Shown: one piece after another, positions 42,413 through 57,927 of the stretch
Position numbering within the stretch: position 1 is the first letter of the stretch
How the letters are laid out: every line of letters starts with the position of its first letter
DNA from: the human T2T-CHM13v2.0 reference genome, Homo sapiens
DNA length: 64,000 bases
NCBI RefSeq assembly: GCF_009914755.1
Contig: NC_060929.1
Strand: one strand, 5' to 3'
Notes under the pieces: generated by a model
The model's input: the letters and a program-made list of their open reading frames with translations, nothing else
What the model was told of the DNA's origin: nothing
The model's database searches: none
Program-made: the position numbers and the translations under genes

Positions 42413-43665
42413 GGATGCCCAGGGCAAGCACCAGCTCATGTCATCACCCTTGCTGAGCCCTGGGTACATTTAACCATTGAGGACCAGGAAATTGACTTCC
42501 TCCTGGACACTGGCATGGCCTTCTCAATGTTAATCTCTTGTCCTGGATGACTGTCCTCAAGGTCCATTACCATCCGAGGAATCCTGGGACAGCCTATAAC
42601 CAGGTATTTCTCCCACTTCCTCAGTTGTAATGACTTTGCTCTTTTCACATGCCTTTCTTGTTATGCCTGAAAGTCCCATACCCTTATTAGGGATATATTA
42701 GCCAAAGCTGGAGCTATTATCTACATGAATATGGAGAACGAGTTACCCATTTGTTGTCCCCTGCTTGAGGAGGGAATCAACCCTGAAGTCTAGGCATTGG
42801 AAGAAACAAACTCAAGCTCCAGCCTTAAGCCTTCCCACAGGATGAAACTTTTCTTTATACATCACAGAGAGAACAGGAATAGCTCTTGTGGTCCTTACTC
42901 AGACTCGTGGGACAACCCCACAACCAGTGGCATACCTAAGTAAGGAAATTGATATAGTAGCAAAAGGCTGGCCTCACTGTTTATGGGTAATTGTGGTGGT
43001 GGCCGTCTTAGTGTCAGAGGCTATACAAGGAAAGGATCTTACTGTCTGGACTACTCATGATGTAAATGGCATACTAGGTGTCAAAGGAAGTTTATGGCTA
43101 TCAGACAGCTGCCTACTTAGATACCAGGCACTACTCCTTGAGGGACCAGTGCTTCAAACATGTATGTGTGAGGCCCTCAACCCTGCCACTTTTCTCCCAG
43201 AGGATGGGGAACCAATCAAGCATGACTGCCAACAAATTATAGTCCAGACTCATGCTGCCGGATATGATCTCTTAGAAGTCCCCTTGGCTAATCCTGACCT
43301 TAACCTATATACCGGTGGAAGTTCATTTGTGGAGAATGGGATATGAAGGGCAGGTTATGCCATAGTTAGTGATGTAAACATACTTGAAAGTAAACCTCTT
43401 CCCCCAGGGACCAGTGCCCAGTTAGCAGAACTAGTGGCACTTACCCGAGCTTTAGAACTGGGAAAGGGAAAAAGAATAAATGTGTATACAGATAGCAAGT
43501 ATGCTTATCTAATCCTACATGCCCATGCTGCAATATGGAAAGAAAGGGAGTTCCTAACCTCTGGGGGAACCCCCACTAAATACCACAAAGAAATCATGGA
43601 GTTATTGCACTCCTTGCAAAAACCCAAGGAGGTGGCAGTCTTATACTGCTGAAGCCATCAAAAGG
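42413..43665 (+). pseudogene. pol: HERV9 pro-pol remnant; RT core and integrase deleted
   Basis: Protease FLLDTG; GINPEV*ALE joined directly to QAPALSLP at about 42805; RNase H YTDSKYAYLILHAH (ORF 43434). Confidence 0.9.
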
Positions 43666-44440
43666 GGAAGGAGAGGGGAGAACAGCAGCATAAGCAGCTG
43701 GCAGAGGCAGCAGAAAGGAAAGAGAGAAAGAGACAGGAAGTCAGAGAGAGAGAGGAAGAAACAGAGACAAAAAGAAGAAGACAGAGAGAGGAAGAGACAG
43801 AGAAACAGAAAGTCAAAGAAGGAAAGGAAGAGACAAAGAGGGAGTCAGAAAGAGAGAAAGAGAGAGACAGACAAAGAAGAAGTCAAACAGAGAGAAAGAG
43901 AAATAGTAAATAAAAAACAGTGTACCCTATTCCTTTAAAAGCCAGGGTAAATTTAAAACCTATAATTGATAATTGAGGGTCTTCTCTGTAACCCTATAAC
44001 ACTTCAATACCACCTTGTTGTCAGTGTAAACAAGGGAACAAGGGCATAACCCGAAAACACTGAGGCCACTGACAACCCATAGCCTTCCTAACAAAAATCC
44101 TTAACCCAGCAGGTTTCCTAACAGGGGGATCTAAATCTTAATTAATTACCATACAAAGGTCTGACCACATCTAGGAGGAACTCCCTTCAGGATAGGACGA
44201 TGGATGGTTCCTCCCTGGAAATTAAGGGAAAAAGACGCAATGGGTACTCAATAAGTGATAAGGAAACTCTTGTAGAAGCAGAGTTAGGAAAATTGCCTAA
44301 TAATTGGTCTGCTCAAACGTGGGAGTTGTTTGCATTCAGCCAAATCTTAAAGTACTTACAGAATCAGGAAGGAGCCATCTATACCAATTCTAAGTTAATA
44401 TGGACTGAACGAGGTCTTATTAATAGCAAAGAATAATTGG
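43665..44440 (+). pseudogene. HERV-I/IP10-like segment: GA-rich tract plus a second RNase H remnant
   Basis: ORF 44200-44436 DGSS..GKRRNGYS..GKLPNNWSAQTWELFA..IYTNSK..IWTERGLINS. Confidence 0.7.
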
Positions 44441-44569
44441 AATCCCAAACTTACAAGGTTTTCAACAAAAGTAAAGTTTGCTAAAAAAGTTAACGGTGTA
44501 ACATGTATTATCCTAACTTCTAATCTTATGGAAATCAGACCCTATCTGTGCCCCTCAAAGCTCAAGTCC

Positions 44570-45250
44570 ATCAATGCAGGGGCATACAACGAATACACCT
44601 ACTTATAGGGTTAGGAATGGCTACTGCTACAGAAACCAGAATAGCAGGTTTATCTATTTCATTATCCTACTACCACACTCTCAGAGGATTTCTCAGACAG
44701 TTTGCAAGAAATAACAAAATCTATCCAGTAAGGATAGTAACTACAATCCCAAATAGACTCTTTGGCAGCAGTGATTCTCCAAAACCACCGAGGCCTAGTC
44801 CTCCTCACTGCTGAGAAAAGAGGACTCTGCACCTTCTTAGGGGAAGAGTGTTGTTTTTACACAACCAAAAAAAGAGGACTCTGCATCTTCTTAGGGGAAG
44901 AGTGTTGTTTTTACACTAACCATTCAGGGATAGTATGAGATGCCGCCCGGTGTTTACAGGAAAAGGTTTCCAAAATCAGACAATGCCTTTCAAACTCTTA
45001 TACCATCCTCTGGAGTTGGGCAACATGGCTTCTCCCCTTTCTAGGTCCTGTGACAGCCATCTTGCTATTACTTGCCTTTGGGCCCTGTATTTTTAACCTC
45101 CTTGTCAAATTTGTTTCCTCTAGAATTGAGGCCATCAAGCTACAGATGGTCTTACAAATGGAACCCCAAGTGAGCTCAACTAACAACTACTGAGGACCCC
45201 TGGACTGACCCGCTGGTCCTTTCACTGACCTAAAGAGTTCCCATCCGGAG
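44570..45250 (+). pseudogene. env: HERV9 env TM remnant (SU deleted)
   Basis: LLIGLGMATAT fusion peptide, [55 protein letters not shown]. Confidence 0.92.
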
Positions 45251-45360
45251 GACACTACAACTGCAGGGCCCCTTCTTCACCCCTGTTCAGCAGGAAGTAG
45301 CTAGAGCAGTCATCGCCCAATTCCCAACAGCAGTTGGGGTGTCCTGTTTAGAGGGGGGAT

Positions 45361-46033
45361 TGAGAGGTGAAGCCAGCTGGGCTTCTGGGTCAGGTGGGGA
45401 CTTGGATAACTTTTCTGTCTAGCTAAAGGTTTGTAAACGCACCAATCAGCACTCTGTAAAAATGCACCAATCAGCACTCTGTGTCTAGCTAAAGGTTTGT
45501 AAATGCACCAATCAGCACTCTGTAAAATAGACCAATCAGCTCTCTGTAAAATGGACCAATCAGCAGGATGTGAGTGGGCCAAATAAGGGAATAAAAGCTG
45601 GCCACCGGAGCCAGCAGTGGCAAACTGCTCAGGTCCCCTTCCACACTATGGAAGATTTGTTCTTTTGCTCTTCACAATAAATCTTGCTGCTGCTCACTCT
45701 TTGGGTCTGCACTACCTTTATGAGCTGTAACACTCACTGCGAAGGTCTGTGGCTTCACTCCTGAAGTCAGCAAGATGATGAACCCACCAGAAGGAAGAAA
45801 CAACTCCGGATGTGCCATCTTTAAGAGCTGTAACACTGACTGCGAGGGTCTGCGGCTTCACTCCTGAAGTCAGCAAGACCATGAACCCACAACTGGACAC
45901 ATCTGAACATTAGAGGAAAAAACTCTGGACACACCATCTTTAAGAACTGTAACACTCACTGTGAGGGTCCGCGGCTTCATTCTTGAAGTCAGGGAGACCA
46001 AGAATCCACTGGAAGGAACCAATTCCGGACACA
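45361..46033 (+). promoter_or_regulatory. 3' LTR12 (5 CCAAT boxes), preceded by PPT AGAGGGGGGA
   Basis: TG...CA direct repeat of the 5' LTR. Confidence 0.95.
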
Positions 46034-46080
46034 ATAGTCCATAAGGTTAATGTAATGAAATGCTGAATCTTAAACTAAAC

Positions 46081-46180
46081 TCTTTAGAAAAGCAAGAAAA
46101 ACCTTTGGATCGATTCTTCTTATTTATTGAACATCAATGAAATAAATGAACAGTACCTCCCAAAGAGGCCAAGGATCACT
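46081..46180 (+). pseudogene. ECT2L-like fragment just 3' of the provirus
   Basis: SLEKQ at 46081 and LPKRPRIT at about 46156 vs ALEKQ...LPKRSNIS. Confidence 0.5.
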
Positions 46181-46995
46181 CCCATTTATGTTGAGGGACA
46201 AAAATATTTGTATAAAGAGGAAGCAGAGAATGACATTCATTGGATCTTGAGAGGGAAGCCATGGTTTGTGTAAATGTAGTGACTAGTTGTCAAATTTTTT
46301 AATAAATTAGTGCTCCCAACTTATGGACTTTTTGTCAGGCTCTAGTTTCTTTAGAAAGCCATGTGAGATGAAGGGATAGGGGGAGGAAACACAGGCTTAT
46401 GAAGGTCTATGCATAAAACATTTATGAATAAATGTTAATTTATTCATAAAATATTTTAATTCATAAAATATTTATGAAACACCTTATGAAGGTCTATTCA
46501 TAAATCTTCACCCTGGTGTCTATGCTGTCTTTCCTCATGCCTGCTACTGATCACTGTTTGTCCTAACTCAATAGGACTTTCCACTGTTTGCCAACATACT
46601 CTGTGAACCTACTCCCTTCTGCATAGGTTGAGATGTTTATCTATATAAAATGGGCTTCCATGCTTCTTCATATCAAAATCTTATTCATGCTTTGAGATCT
46701 AGCTCAAGAGTCACCTCTTCTAAGAGGCCTTCCTCAACCCCACCCCCCACTCCTATGTCCCTGTGGTTGTTACAGAGGAGTCAGCCTCATTTAAGGCACA
46801 CCTCAGATGTTTGAGGGTTTCTATTCCCACACATCATCTTTGATAAGTTCTTTACATCCCACTGAAGGAGCTCAACTCTAGTTTCTGTTTTGTTGATTGT
46901 CAAACTTTAATCACAGCAAAATAACAGAAACTTAGCTTTTGGCCAGAGAACCTGATCATTCTGCTACTCAGTTCTTATGAAAAGCATCAGTGTGG

Positions 46996-47235
46996 GAAGT
47001 GATATTCACATCGTCCTTAGATTGCACCGTTTGGGCCTCTTTACTGATCTATGCTTGAATGGTGTGTAATCTATCTGAACTAAGAAATATTATAAAAATG
47101 ATCACCATAAAATCCATTGCTGCATTACTTTTAGAAAGCTCTTAGAAAAAACTGGCCATGTGCTTTTATTACCTGCTGGAGAAATTGTTCTCATGATTGA
47201 AGATCAAGAAAAACTACACTATTTATAAGCAACTG
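46996..47235 (+). pseudogene. ECT2L-like fragment, start of middle (DUF4347-type) region
   Basis: EVIFTSS/*IAPF (HFMLISSRIPAY); NGV*SI (AGVVSV); ITIKS/LLHYF*KAL (VTLESLLYLIEKAL, 1-nt insertion); EKTGHVLLLPAGEIVLM (QKAQSIGIFSDG..EINLL); donor-like GTGAGC after 47235. Confidence 0.65.
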
Positions 47236-47581
47236 GTGAGCTTTCATCATGTTGATAGCAGTGAATTCTGTTCTGTTTTCCTCTTTACCCTGGCTTGGAA
47301 AAAGCTTGGAGTGAACATTGAATAGAATGTTTTGATGTGCATTTTAATGCTGATCCCATTCCTGGCTTCACATTATTTTCCTAATTTTATTTACTTTTTA
47401 GTCTCACCTCTATTTTTTTCCCTTTTGCCTATATACTTCTGTAAGACACTTTAAATCCTTGTATGAATGAGGTAGGGGATACATACTTAGATAATTCATA
47501 TTTCTTTGAAAGCAGATAATCTAAATCCTCTTTGTTTTGAAATTCTAATACTTAATCTAGAACTTGACATGTTGTATACAG

Positions 47582-47905
47582 TTTTAAAAATAATAAGACG
47601 AAGGATGAGGTGGAAGGAAAGATTAAGTTTGCTGGCAGAGGTATCTACATCCTACTTTTACATCTAGACAAATGATGGGAAAACTCAAGTTTTTTTTAGG
47701 ACATGCAAGCTACACCAAAAATTTTAGAAAAACTGAAAACCTAAAGATATCACTTCACATGTTTTCAATTCATTTTAATATTGCACAGACTTTAAGGTTA
47801 CATACAGATATTTGGCATACATAGACATGGCTACAAATTCAACAACTATCCCAAGTGTAAAATTATTGTTAAAGTGGTTATTTCCTAACTTTCTGAGGCA
47901 CATTT
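47582..47905 (+). pseudogene. ECT2L-like fragments, middle region
   Basis: TKDEVEGKIKF (TEEEGGHVDF); gt..ag gap 47641-47699; KILEKLKT (EVLSQLSQ); PSVKLLLKWLFPNFL (PSS..KLQTWSSFTDFL). Confidence 0.45.
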
Positions 47906-47914
47906 ATACATATT

Positions 47915-47928
47915 TATATATATACACA

Positions 47929-47980
<52 letters not shown>
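47915..47980. repeat. (TA)n(CA)n(TA)n microsatellite
   Basis: Directly visible. Confidence 0.97.
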
Positions 47981-47981
<1 letters not shown>

Positions 47982-48305
47982 GACCTGGAGATAATTTAAG
48001 CATTTTTTATACTCACTATAGCCATTCTAACACAGAGGTGTTGTGACTATTAAATGAGATGAGAATGCACTTTGTAAAGTTAAGAATCTTAATCAAGAGC
48101 AAAGTGAGGTGTGCGTACTCATAAATACACACTTTACAAGGGCATTCATTTATCTGTCAGAAGGAATTTCCAATTTTTGTGGTTGACATAAAAGGGCTAT
48201 AAATATGGTGCATAAAAGCACACATACACAAACACAAACCCAGCAATACATAAAAACAAATAACAGTTGTTACTGAGTACATGAACTACTTAGAGTCAGC
48301 TAGAC

Positions 48306-48847
48306 TAGTGATCCCCAACGTTTTTGGCACCAGGGGCCGGTTTTGTGGAAGACAATTTTTCCACAGACTGGGGCAGGGTGGAAGGGGGAATGGTTCGGGG
48401 ATGGTTCAAGTGCATTACATTTATTGTGCACTTTATTTCTATTTTTATTGTATTGTAACATGTAGTGAAATAATTATACAACTCACCATAATGTAGAATC
48501 AGTGGGAGCCCTGAGCTTGTTTTCCTTCAACTAGATGGTCCCATGTTGGGGGTGATGGGAGACAGTGACAGATTTTCAGGCATTAGATCCTCATAAGGTG
48601 TGTGCAACCTAAATCCCTCTCATGCAGTTTTCATAGAGCTTACACTTGTATGAGAATCTAATGTCTTTGCTGATCTGAAAGGAGGTGGAGCTCAGGCAGT
48701 AATGCAAGTGATGGGGTACAACTGTAAATACAGATGAAGCTTCACTTTGCTTGCCCGCCGCTCACCTACTGCCCTCCTGCTGTGTGGCCCAGTTCTTAAC
48801 AGGCCACGGATCGGTAGTAATCTGTGGCCTGGGAGTTGGGGACCCTG
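48306..48847 (+). mobile_element. MER1A (hAT-Charlie)
   Basis: TCCCCAACGTTTTTGGCACCAGGGGCCGGTTTTGTGGAAGACAA ... GTTGGGGACCCTG; TSD AGCTAGAC / ATCTAGAC. Confidence 0.92.
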
Positions 48848-49514
48848 ATCTAGACTCCTCTATGTGTCTCACACTTACTCCATATCCAGTTGGTTCACAC
48901 ATCTGGCCACTCCCAACCTACTCTACAGCTGCCACCCTGGACTGAGCTGCTTCATGGCCAGACTCCCACCATTGCTCTCATCCCTGCTCAAACATTCTTC
49001 ACACAGAAGCCGGGGTTATCCTTCAGAAACCTGACTCAGGCCTTGGCACTTCTCTACTCAAAACCCTCCAGTGGCTGCCCACGTCACTGAGGGAAAAAGC
49101 CAAAATCCTTGCCACGCTCCCTTCCTGTGACCTTTCTGGATGCCTTTCCGACTACTGCCCCTTCTTCAGCCCACTCCAACCACTTGGCCTCTTTACTGTA
49201 TTTTATATGTCACAGGCACACTCATGGCCTTTGATTTTGTTCTTCTTTGTGCCTGGAATGCTCTTATCCCAAATTTTCACATCGTTTATTTTCTCATCTA
49301 CTCCATGTCTTTGCTTATAATGTCACCTCAGTAGGACCTTCCCTTTCAGTCCTATTTAAAATTATAAATGCCCCCCCCATCCCTACATAGGAGCTTTCCA
49401 TTTTCTTCCATTGCTTAACTTTTGTCTGTAAAAATTATCACCCTTTAACATGTCATATATATCACCATATATATCACAAATAAACTATATATAACTATAC
49501 AACTAACTATATAA

Positions 49515-53120
<3,606 letters not shown>

Positions 53121-53292
53121 TATAGCAGGTAATTTGTTAATTGTCTTCCAACTAGAAGAACTCCAAGAGGGCAGGGATTTTTGTTGTTTTTGTTCACCGA
53201 TGTTTCCTAGTACATAAAACAGTGCCTGACACAGAGAAGGTGCTTAATAAATGTTCATCAGATGAATGACTGAACCACTTCCAGACCCTCCT

Positions 53293-53420
53293 TTCCCCAA
53301 TTTTATAGACCACATTCGTCTCATATCATTGCCCTGTTTTAAAATTCTCATTGAATTTATATGACTGTAAAAGGAAGTTCACCTTGCTTAGTTGGAACAA
53401 TGTGAACCTCCTACATGAAC
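53293..53420 (+). pseudogene. ECT2L-like fragment preceding the DH domain
   Basis: HIRLISLPCFKILIEFI at 53311 vs TVRKQLYPFFKELQKSI (gapless); then RKFTLLSWNNVNLLH vs GQFMFDTMGMTNILN (gapless). Confidence 0.6.
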
Positions 53421-54155
53421 CTTCTACTGACATTTGAATTTTCTTCATCAATATTCTTTTGCTCCATTCAAACTGATCTCCCTTGCTTTGCTTTGTGCGT
53501 GCTGTACACTTTCCCACCTCCATATCTATATTTGCCAATCTGAAGGTCCAAGTTTTACTCATATTTCAATGCCTAAATCAAAAGCCATCTCCTTCATGGA
53601 GCCTTCTCTGATTCCTCCAGCAGGAAACCATCTGTCTCTGCCTTCTCTGAGTCTTACGGTTGGCTGACTCTCATAACACAACACAGTATTGCAGAGAGCA
53701 TAGCTATGGTTAAGCATAAATTTGCATGCCTTCACAGTGTGACCGTGAGCATGTTTCTTAACTCTTGAATCTTTATTCTCTTAATGTAAAATAAGAATGC
53801 TAATATAGTTAATATATTCTTAATATAATATAATATAAAATAATGTAATATACATTCTTAATATAAGAATGCTAATAGTTTACTTGCAGTATGATTATGA
53901 GATTATTTGAGATAATGGAAATCCCTTATTTTCTCAATAAATGATATCTATTTTCAGTATCATCACCATCATCTCTTCCTTGAAATACGAGTATATTATT
54001 TCCTGTTACATTGTAAGTTTCTTAAAAACATAATAAATGTCTTAATTTGTCTCTACACACACATAGATACTCAGTAAATATGTGTTAAGAGAATTTGAGA
54101 ACCAAGACCATCACTTTGTCCCCTAAGTTAAAACAAAAATACTTGCTAAAAAGTT

Positions 54156-54416
54156 GGCCCAGCACAGAGGCCAAGGCAGGTACATTGCTTGGTCCCAGGA
54201 GTTCGAGACCAGCCTGGGAAACATGGCAAGATCCATCTCTACAAAATTTTTTTAGAAGTTAGCTGGGTGGGCATGATGGTATGCATCTGTAGTCCTAGCT
54301 ACTCAGGAGGTAGGAGAATTGTGTGAACCCAGGACTTCGCGGTTATAGTAAGCTATGACTGCACCACTGCACTCCTGCCTAGGTGACACAGTAAGACTCT
54401 GTCTCAAAAAAAAAAA
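54156..54416 (+). mobile_element. AluJ with internal deletions
   Basis: CCCAGGAGTTCGAGACCAGCCTGGG; diverged right arm; A tail. Confidence 0.9.
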
Positions 54417-54599
54417 GATGATAGCAGTTTTGGGGGGGACAATCATCTTCTAACAAGTAACTCTATTCCTTTATGACTTTGTTTTACTTCTAAGACGTTG
54501 TTAGCATAGAATTTGAAGCTTACTAACATTAGGTTTTCTTATTTTATTTCCTTGTATATAAAAAGGACTTGTAGTTAAAAAATATCCACCTAAGCTTTT

Positions 54600-55800
54600 C
54601 TAAAATAAGTCTGAGAAAACATAGGGGACACAGTCACATATACAGATACATTGTGGAATCAATATATGTAGTGAGGAAAATAGAAGCAAGTCTAGGGTGC
54701 TATGGGAACACAAAGGCAGTATATTCAATCCTTCTGTGTTGGGAAAATATTTTCTAGAGAAGATGGCAGCTGAGCTAAACTACTAGAGATGAGTGAAAAC
54801 TAGTCAAAAGAAGGCAAGAGAATGGGCATTCTATCCAGGCAGAAAACATGTCATAATAAAAGGCAAGAAGACTTGAAATCCAAAATAGCATGATATATGC
54901 TGGATTTCATAAGCATTTAGGCATGATCACAGCTTCTATTCCAGAGCAAGGAGTAGGAAAATGCAAAGTTGGAGAGAAAGTTGTTGGCCAAGTTACAGAA
55001 TATCCTACATGTCATGCTCTAGAGCTCCATTTTGCAGGTAAAGGAGAAACATGAAGTATTTTAAATGGGAAAGAACATGGTCAGATTTAAGTTTTGGATA
55101 GATTGCTCTGGCTGCAGGGTGGAGGCTAGATCTGAGGAATACAAGAATAAAGGCAAACAAACAAAAATGCACATCAGGGCTATTGAAAAACTCCAAGCTA
55201 AAGAAATGGAATGCCCAAGCCAGAGAAGTAGGATAATACAAGAGGCGATGGAGTCAAAAACTGTGGGCAATAGAATCAGCAGGATTTGGTGATTGCTTTA
55301 TGAATGGGTTTGGAGGGAGGAACCTGGGTTTCTATTTGGATGATTGTGCAGACAGTGATGCTAATCATAGGACATCTTTGAAGAGAAAGAGCAGAACACA
55401 GGCTGGGCATGTGGGAGGGAGATGACAGTTCAGTTTCAGTCACACTGGAACGTCTGTGCTTAGCATCTTAACCTTAGGGGAGGGAGAGATTCGAGCTGGA
55501 GATAACATTTGTTATCATTAGAAAACAGAGTGGTTCAAACCATGGGAGTGTGTAAACTAACTCAAGGATGAAGTTTACGTAGAGAACAGAATTCTGGTGA
55601 ACACAGCATTTAAAGCAGAGGAGGAGGAGCCTACAGAGGAAGCATATTAGGAATGCAAAGAGAAAGAGAAGAGAAAAATCAAATGAAAATAAATTTGTTG
55701 AAGCTAAGAGGGTAGAAAATTTCAGGAAAGAGGGATTGATCAATGGTATCAAATGCAGCTGCAGTGTAAAGTAAGATACAAGCAAAAAAGTGTTTCTTAG
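54600..55800 (-). mobile_element. L2 remnant
   Basis: CATGGTCAGATTTAAGTTTTGGATAG, GATGACAGTTCAGTTT, GGTATCAAATGCAGCTG. Confidence 0.75.
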
Positions 55801-56108
55801 CTTTGGCAAAAGGCATTGTAAATTAGGTTTAGAGTGAGAAGGAAAACAAGACAGGGTTAAGCCTGCCACTTGGAAAAGATGATGTCATGTAAACAAATGA
55901 CAGTGAAAGAAAAGCTTCCAACATTCCTGTTGCTTGTCTATCCTAACAAAATTAAGGATCTTCAAGCTGGAAAGGTAAAGCAATGTCTTTAAGCAGCAAT
56001 TAAGGCTCAAGATAAGTTAGAAGATGATAAAGACAGGACCATGTAGTTTTGCATGTAGGAAATCTTCCAGGCCCAGATGAATTATAGTCTACGACACACA
56101 CATGCATG

Positions 56109-56151
<43 letters not shown>

Positions 56152-56480
56152 AGAAGCGTTAAGCATCATAGATAGGAATGTCAAAAATGCTAAGAGGCTG
56201 GAAGCTAATAAAAAGAAAGGGGACCTCAGAAAACTTGTCAAATATATAAAGTACTATTATATGGAATAGAAAGAGTAAATTTATTTTGTATGACTTCGAA
56301 AGGCAGAACCTAAATAAAAGTGTAGAAATTGCAGAAGCACAGATTTCCACTGGAAACAACTTTCTATCATCCAGTCATGACATAGCCACCATGAAAGGCA
56401 GTATTTTCCTGTCTTGGAAGTATTCAAGATGAGGTTGATGGCCATCTGTCAGGAGGGATAGTTGGACTCGATTTGGAAGG
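55800..56480 (+). mobile_element. CR1/L3 remnants with an internal (CG)n(CA)n microsatellite at 56093-56149
   Basis: L3 3' motif TTGGAAGTATTCAAGATGAGGTTGATGGCCATCTGTCAGG. Confidence 0.6.
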
Positions 56481-56568
56481 GTCAATATCCAGTATTCATG
56501 CCTTCACCTCTCTTTAAAAGATCTCATTTTTTATATATATTTTTTAAAAACACTTTTCCTTATTGAGC

Positions 56569-56893
56569 TTAGAAAATCAAATATATTTGTCATCACTGGA
56601 TTCTATTATTTCTAAGGTCCTTTCTGAATAGGAAATGTTATGTATCTAGATTCTAGAAAATATAGTAAATGTTGATGTAACGATGAGAAACCCAGCTTAG
56701 TTAACTAAATTATTTGGGACCTGGAGAGGACTGGAACAGAGTTGGTGTTGTGTTAGTTTCATTTGTCATGGGACCCCTTGCAGGAGAACAAGGGTTATGG
56801 ACTGAATTAGGCAGTGCTCCATGCTGGCTTTGGACTACCAGCTTTTAAAACAAATATTTAGTGATGTCCTCCTGGTGCCAGACCCAACACTAG
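56569..56893 (+). pseudogene. ECT2L-like fragment, start of DH (RhoGEF) domain
   Basis: IISKVLSE*EMLCI*ILENIVNVDVTMRNPA* vs [47 protein letters not shown] at 56830 vs LSAANIQIIFCDILQI; donor AG|GTAAAG at 56893/4. Confidence 0.7.
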
Positions 56894-56970
56894 GTAAAGC
56901 TACTGTGGTAAAAACATGTAAAGACAGACATCAGGCAAACTCAGAACAGAAGATGATGGTGGTTATTATT

Positions 56971-57122
56971 TTAAAAAACTCCCTCTTGGCCAGTTAAAAT
57001 GAATTAGAATGATCAAAAGCATTAGCACTGAGTTCTTGCTTTGTATAGTTCAGCCTACAAATCAAATACTGCTCTCTGTTTATTACTGCAAGATCATAAT
57101 TCACAAAGGAATGTTCAGAGAG
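56971..57122 (+). pseudogene. ECT2L-like fragment, DH domain middle
   Basis: E*SKALALSSCFV*FSLQIK at 57007 aligns without gaps to [20 protein letters not shown]; donor GAG|GTCAGT at 57122/3. Confidence 0.7.
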
Positions 57123-57396
57123 GTCAGTATTTATGACTACCCGAAGTGTTTCATTTGCAAAAATTATAAATGGAAAATCTGGCACTTAGTTAGAAATGTA
57201 GATCTTCTGGTACATAAATTTGCCCCATTGATTTTTATGTATTTCTTAAACTGTGCACTGTTGATTTCAATATTGTTTTGGAACAGATTGACCATAAATA
57301 TTTAAATAACTGCTGTTCAACAAAGTTACTCAAAACAGTAGCTGTTTGAAGATACAACTGTGATCTGCTGAGGTCAAGAAAAGCAAATTAAAATAG

Positions 57397-57509
57397 AAAA
57401 GATTCAGAATAAATTGTTACTTGGAACTGTTTTATCAACCAAAACAGAAGAAAGTTAATAAGATCATCCTTGCAATTTATTAGTACCAAAAATATGTTTG
57501 GAGTGGAAT
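57397..57509 (+). pseudogene. ECT2L-like fragment, DH domain C-terminal half
   Basis: KRFRINCYLELFYQ vs RRFEEYLNLLYA; VNKIILAIY*YQKY vs RGDLTTAIDQIKKY; donor-like GTATGT at 57510. Confidence 0.7.
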
Positions 57510-57671
57510 GTATGTATACAATATCCACCACCAACATGAAGGTGGGAGGAAAGGAAGATTTTAGATTTCACAATGACCTGAATGAAAGGATTGAGCTACA
57601 AAACCTGGTGAAGTGAGATCTAATGCTGGCCAAATAGTTTTACTTTGTTTTTTGTTTTGTTTTGTTTTTTT

Positions 57672-57745
57672 TTAAAAAGTCTATCTATTACTTTGAAAGA
57701 GGATATGTTAAAAGCACAGAGTGCTTTGCATCTGGGATCTACTAC
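57672..57745 (+). pseudogene. ECT2L-like fragment, DH-PH linker
   Basis: After a T-rich tract: SITLKEDMLKAQS then (frameshift) IWD vs NITMKDHLSDIQRIIWG. Confidence 0.65.
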
Positions 57746-57927
57746 CAAAAATATAGCAAGGTGGCTCTTGTCTTAACAACTAGTCTAAGAAATATTCTCC
57801 TATGTGACCTGAATACCTACTCTTTTCATTGTAGCATGTAAGAGATGTTAAAGCCATCACTTAAAGATGATTTAAAATATTTCCTAGAGAAGCCTTTCTC
57901 AGCCTCCGAGGCTAGATCTGATTCTTC

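Larger units (their letters stand above)
39066..46033 (+). mobile_element. HERV9-family provirus (non-autonomous, internally deleted, mosaic) with two LTR12 LTRs
   Basis: LTR-PBS-gag-pro-pol-env-PPT-LTR order; 4-bp flanks TTAG / ATAG. Confidence 0.95.

Noticed and set aside
54495-54560. LLA*NLKL as a match to ALADGLMEL
   Set aside because: Position fits the gene order but the match is too short to support
57009-57305. 98-aa ORF as a live coding exon
   Set aside because: Overlaps the DH fossil, but the ECT2L-like match is mainly in another, stop-containing frame
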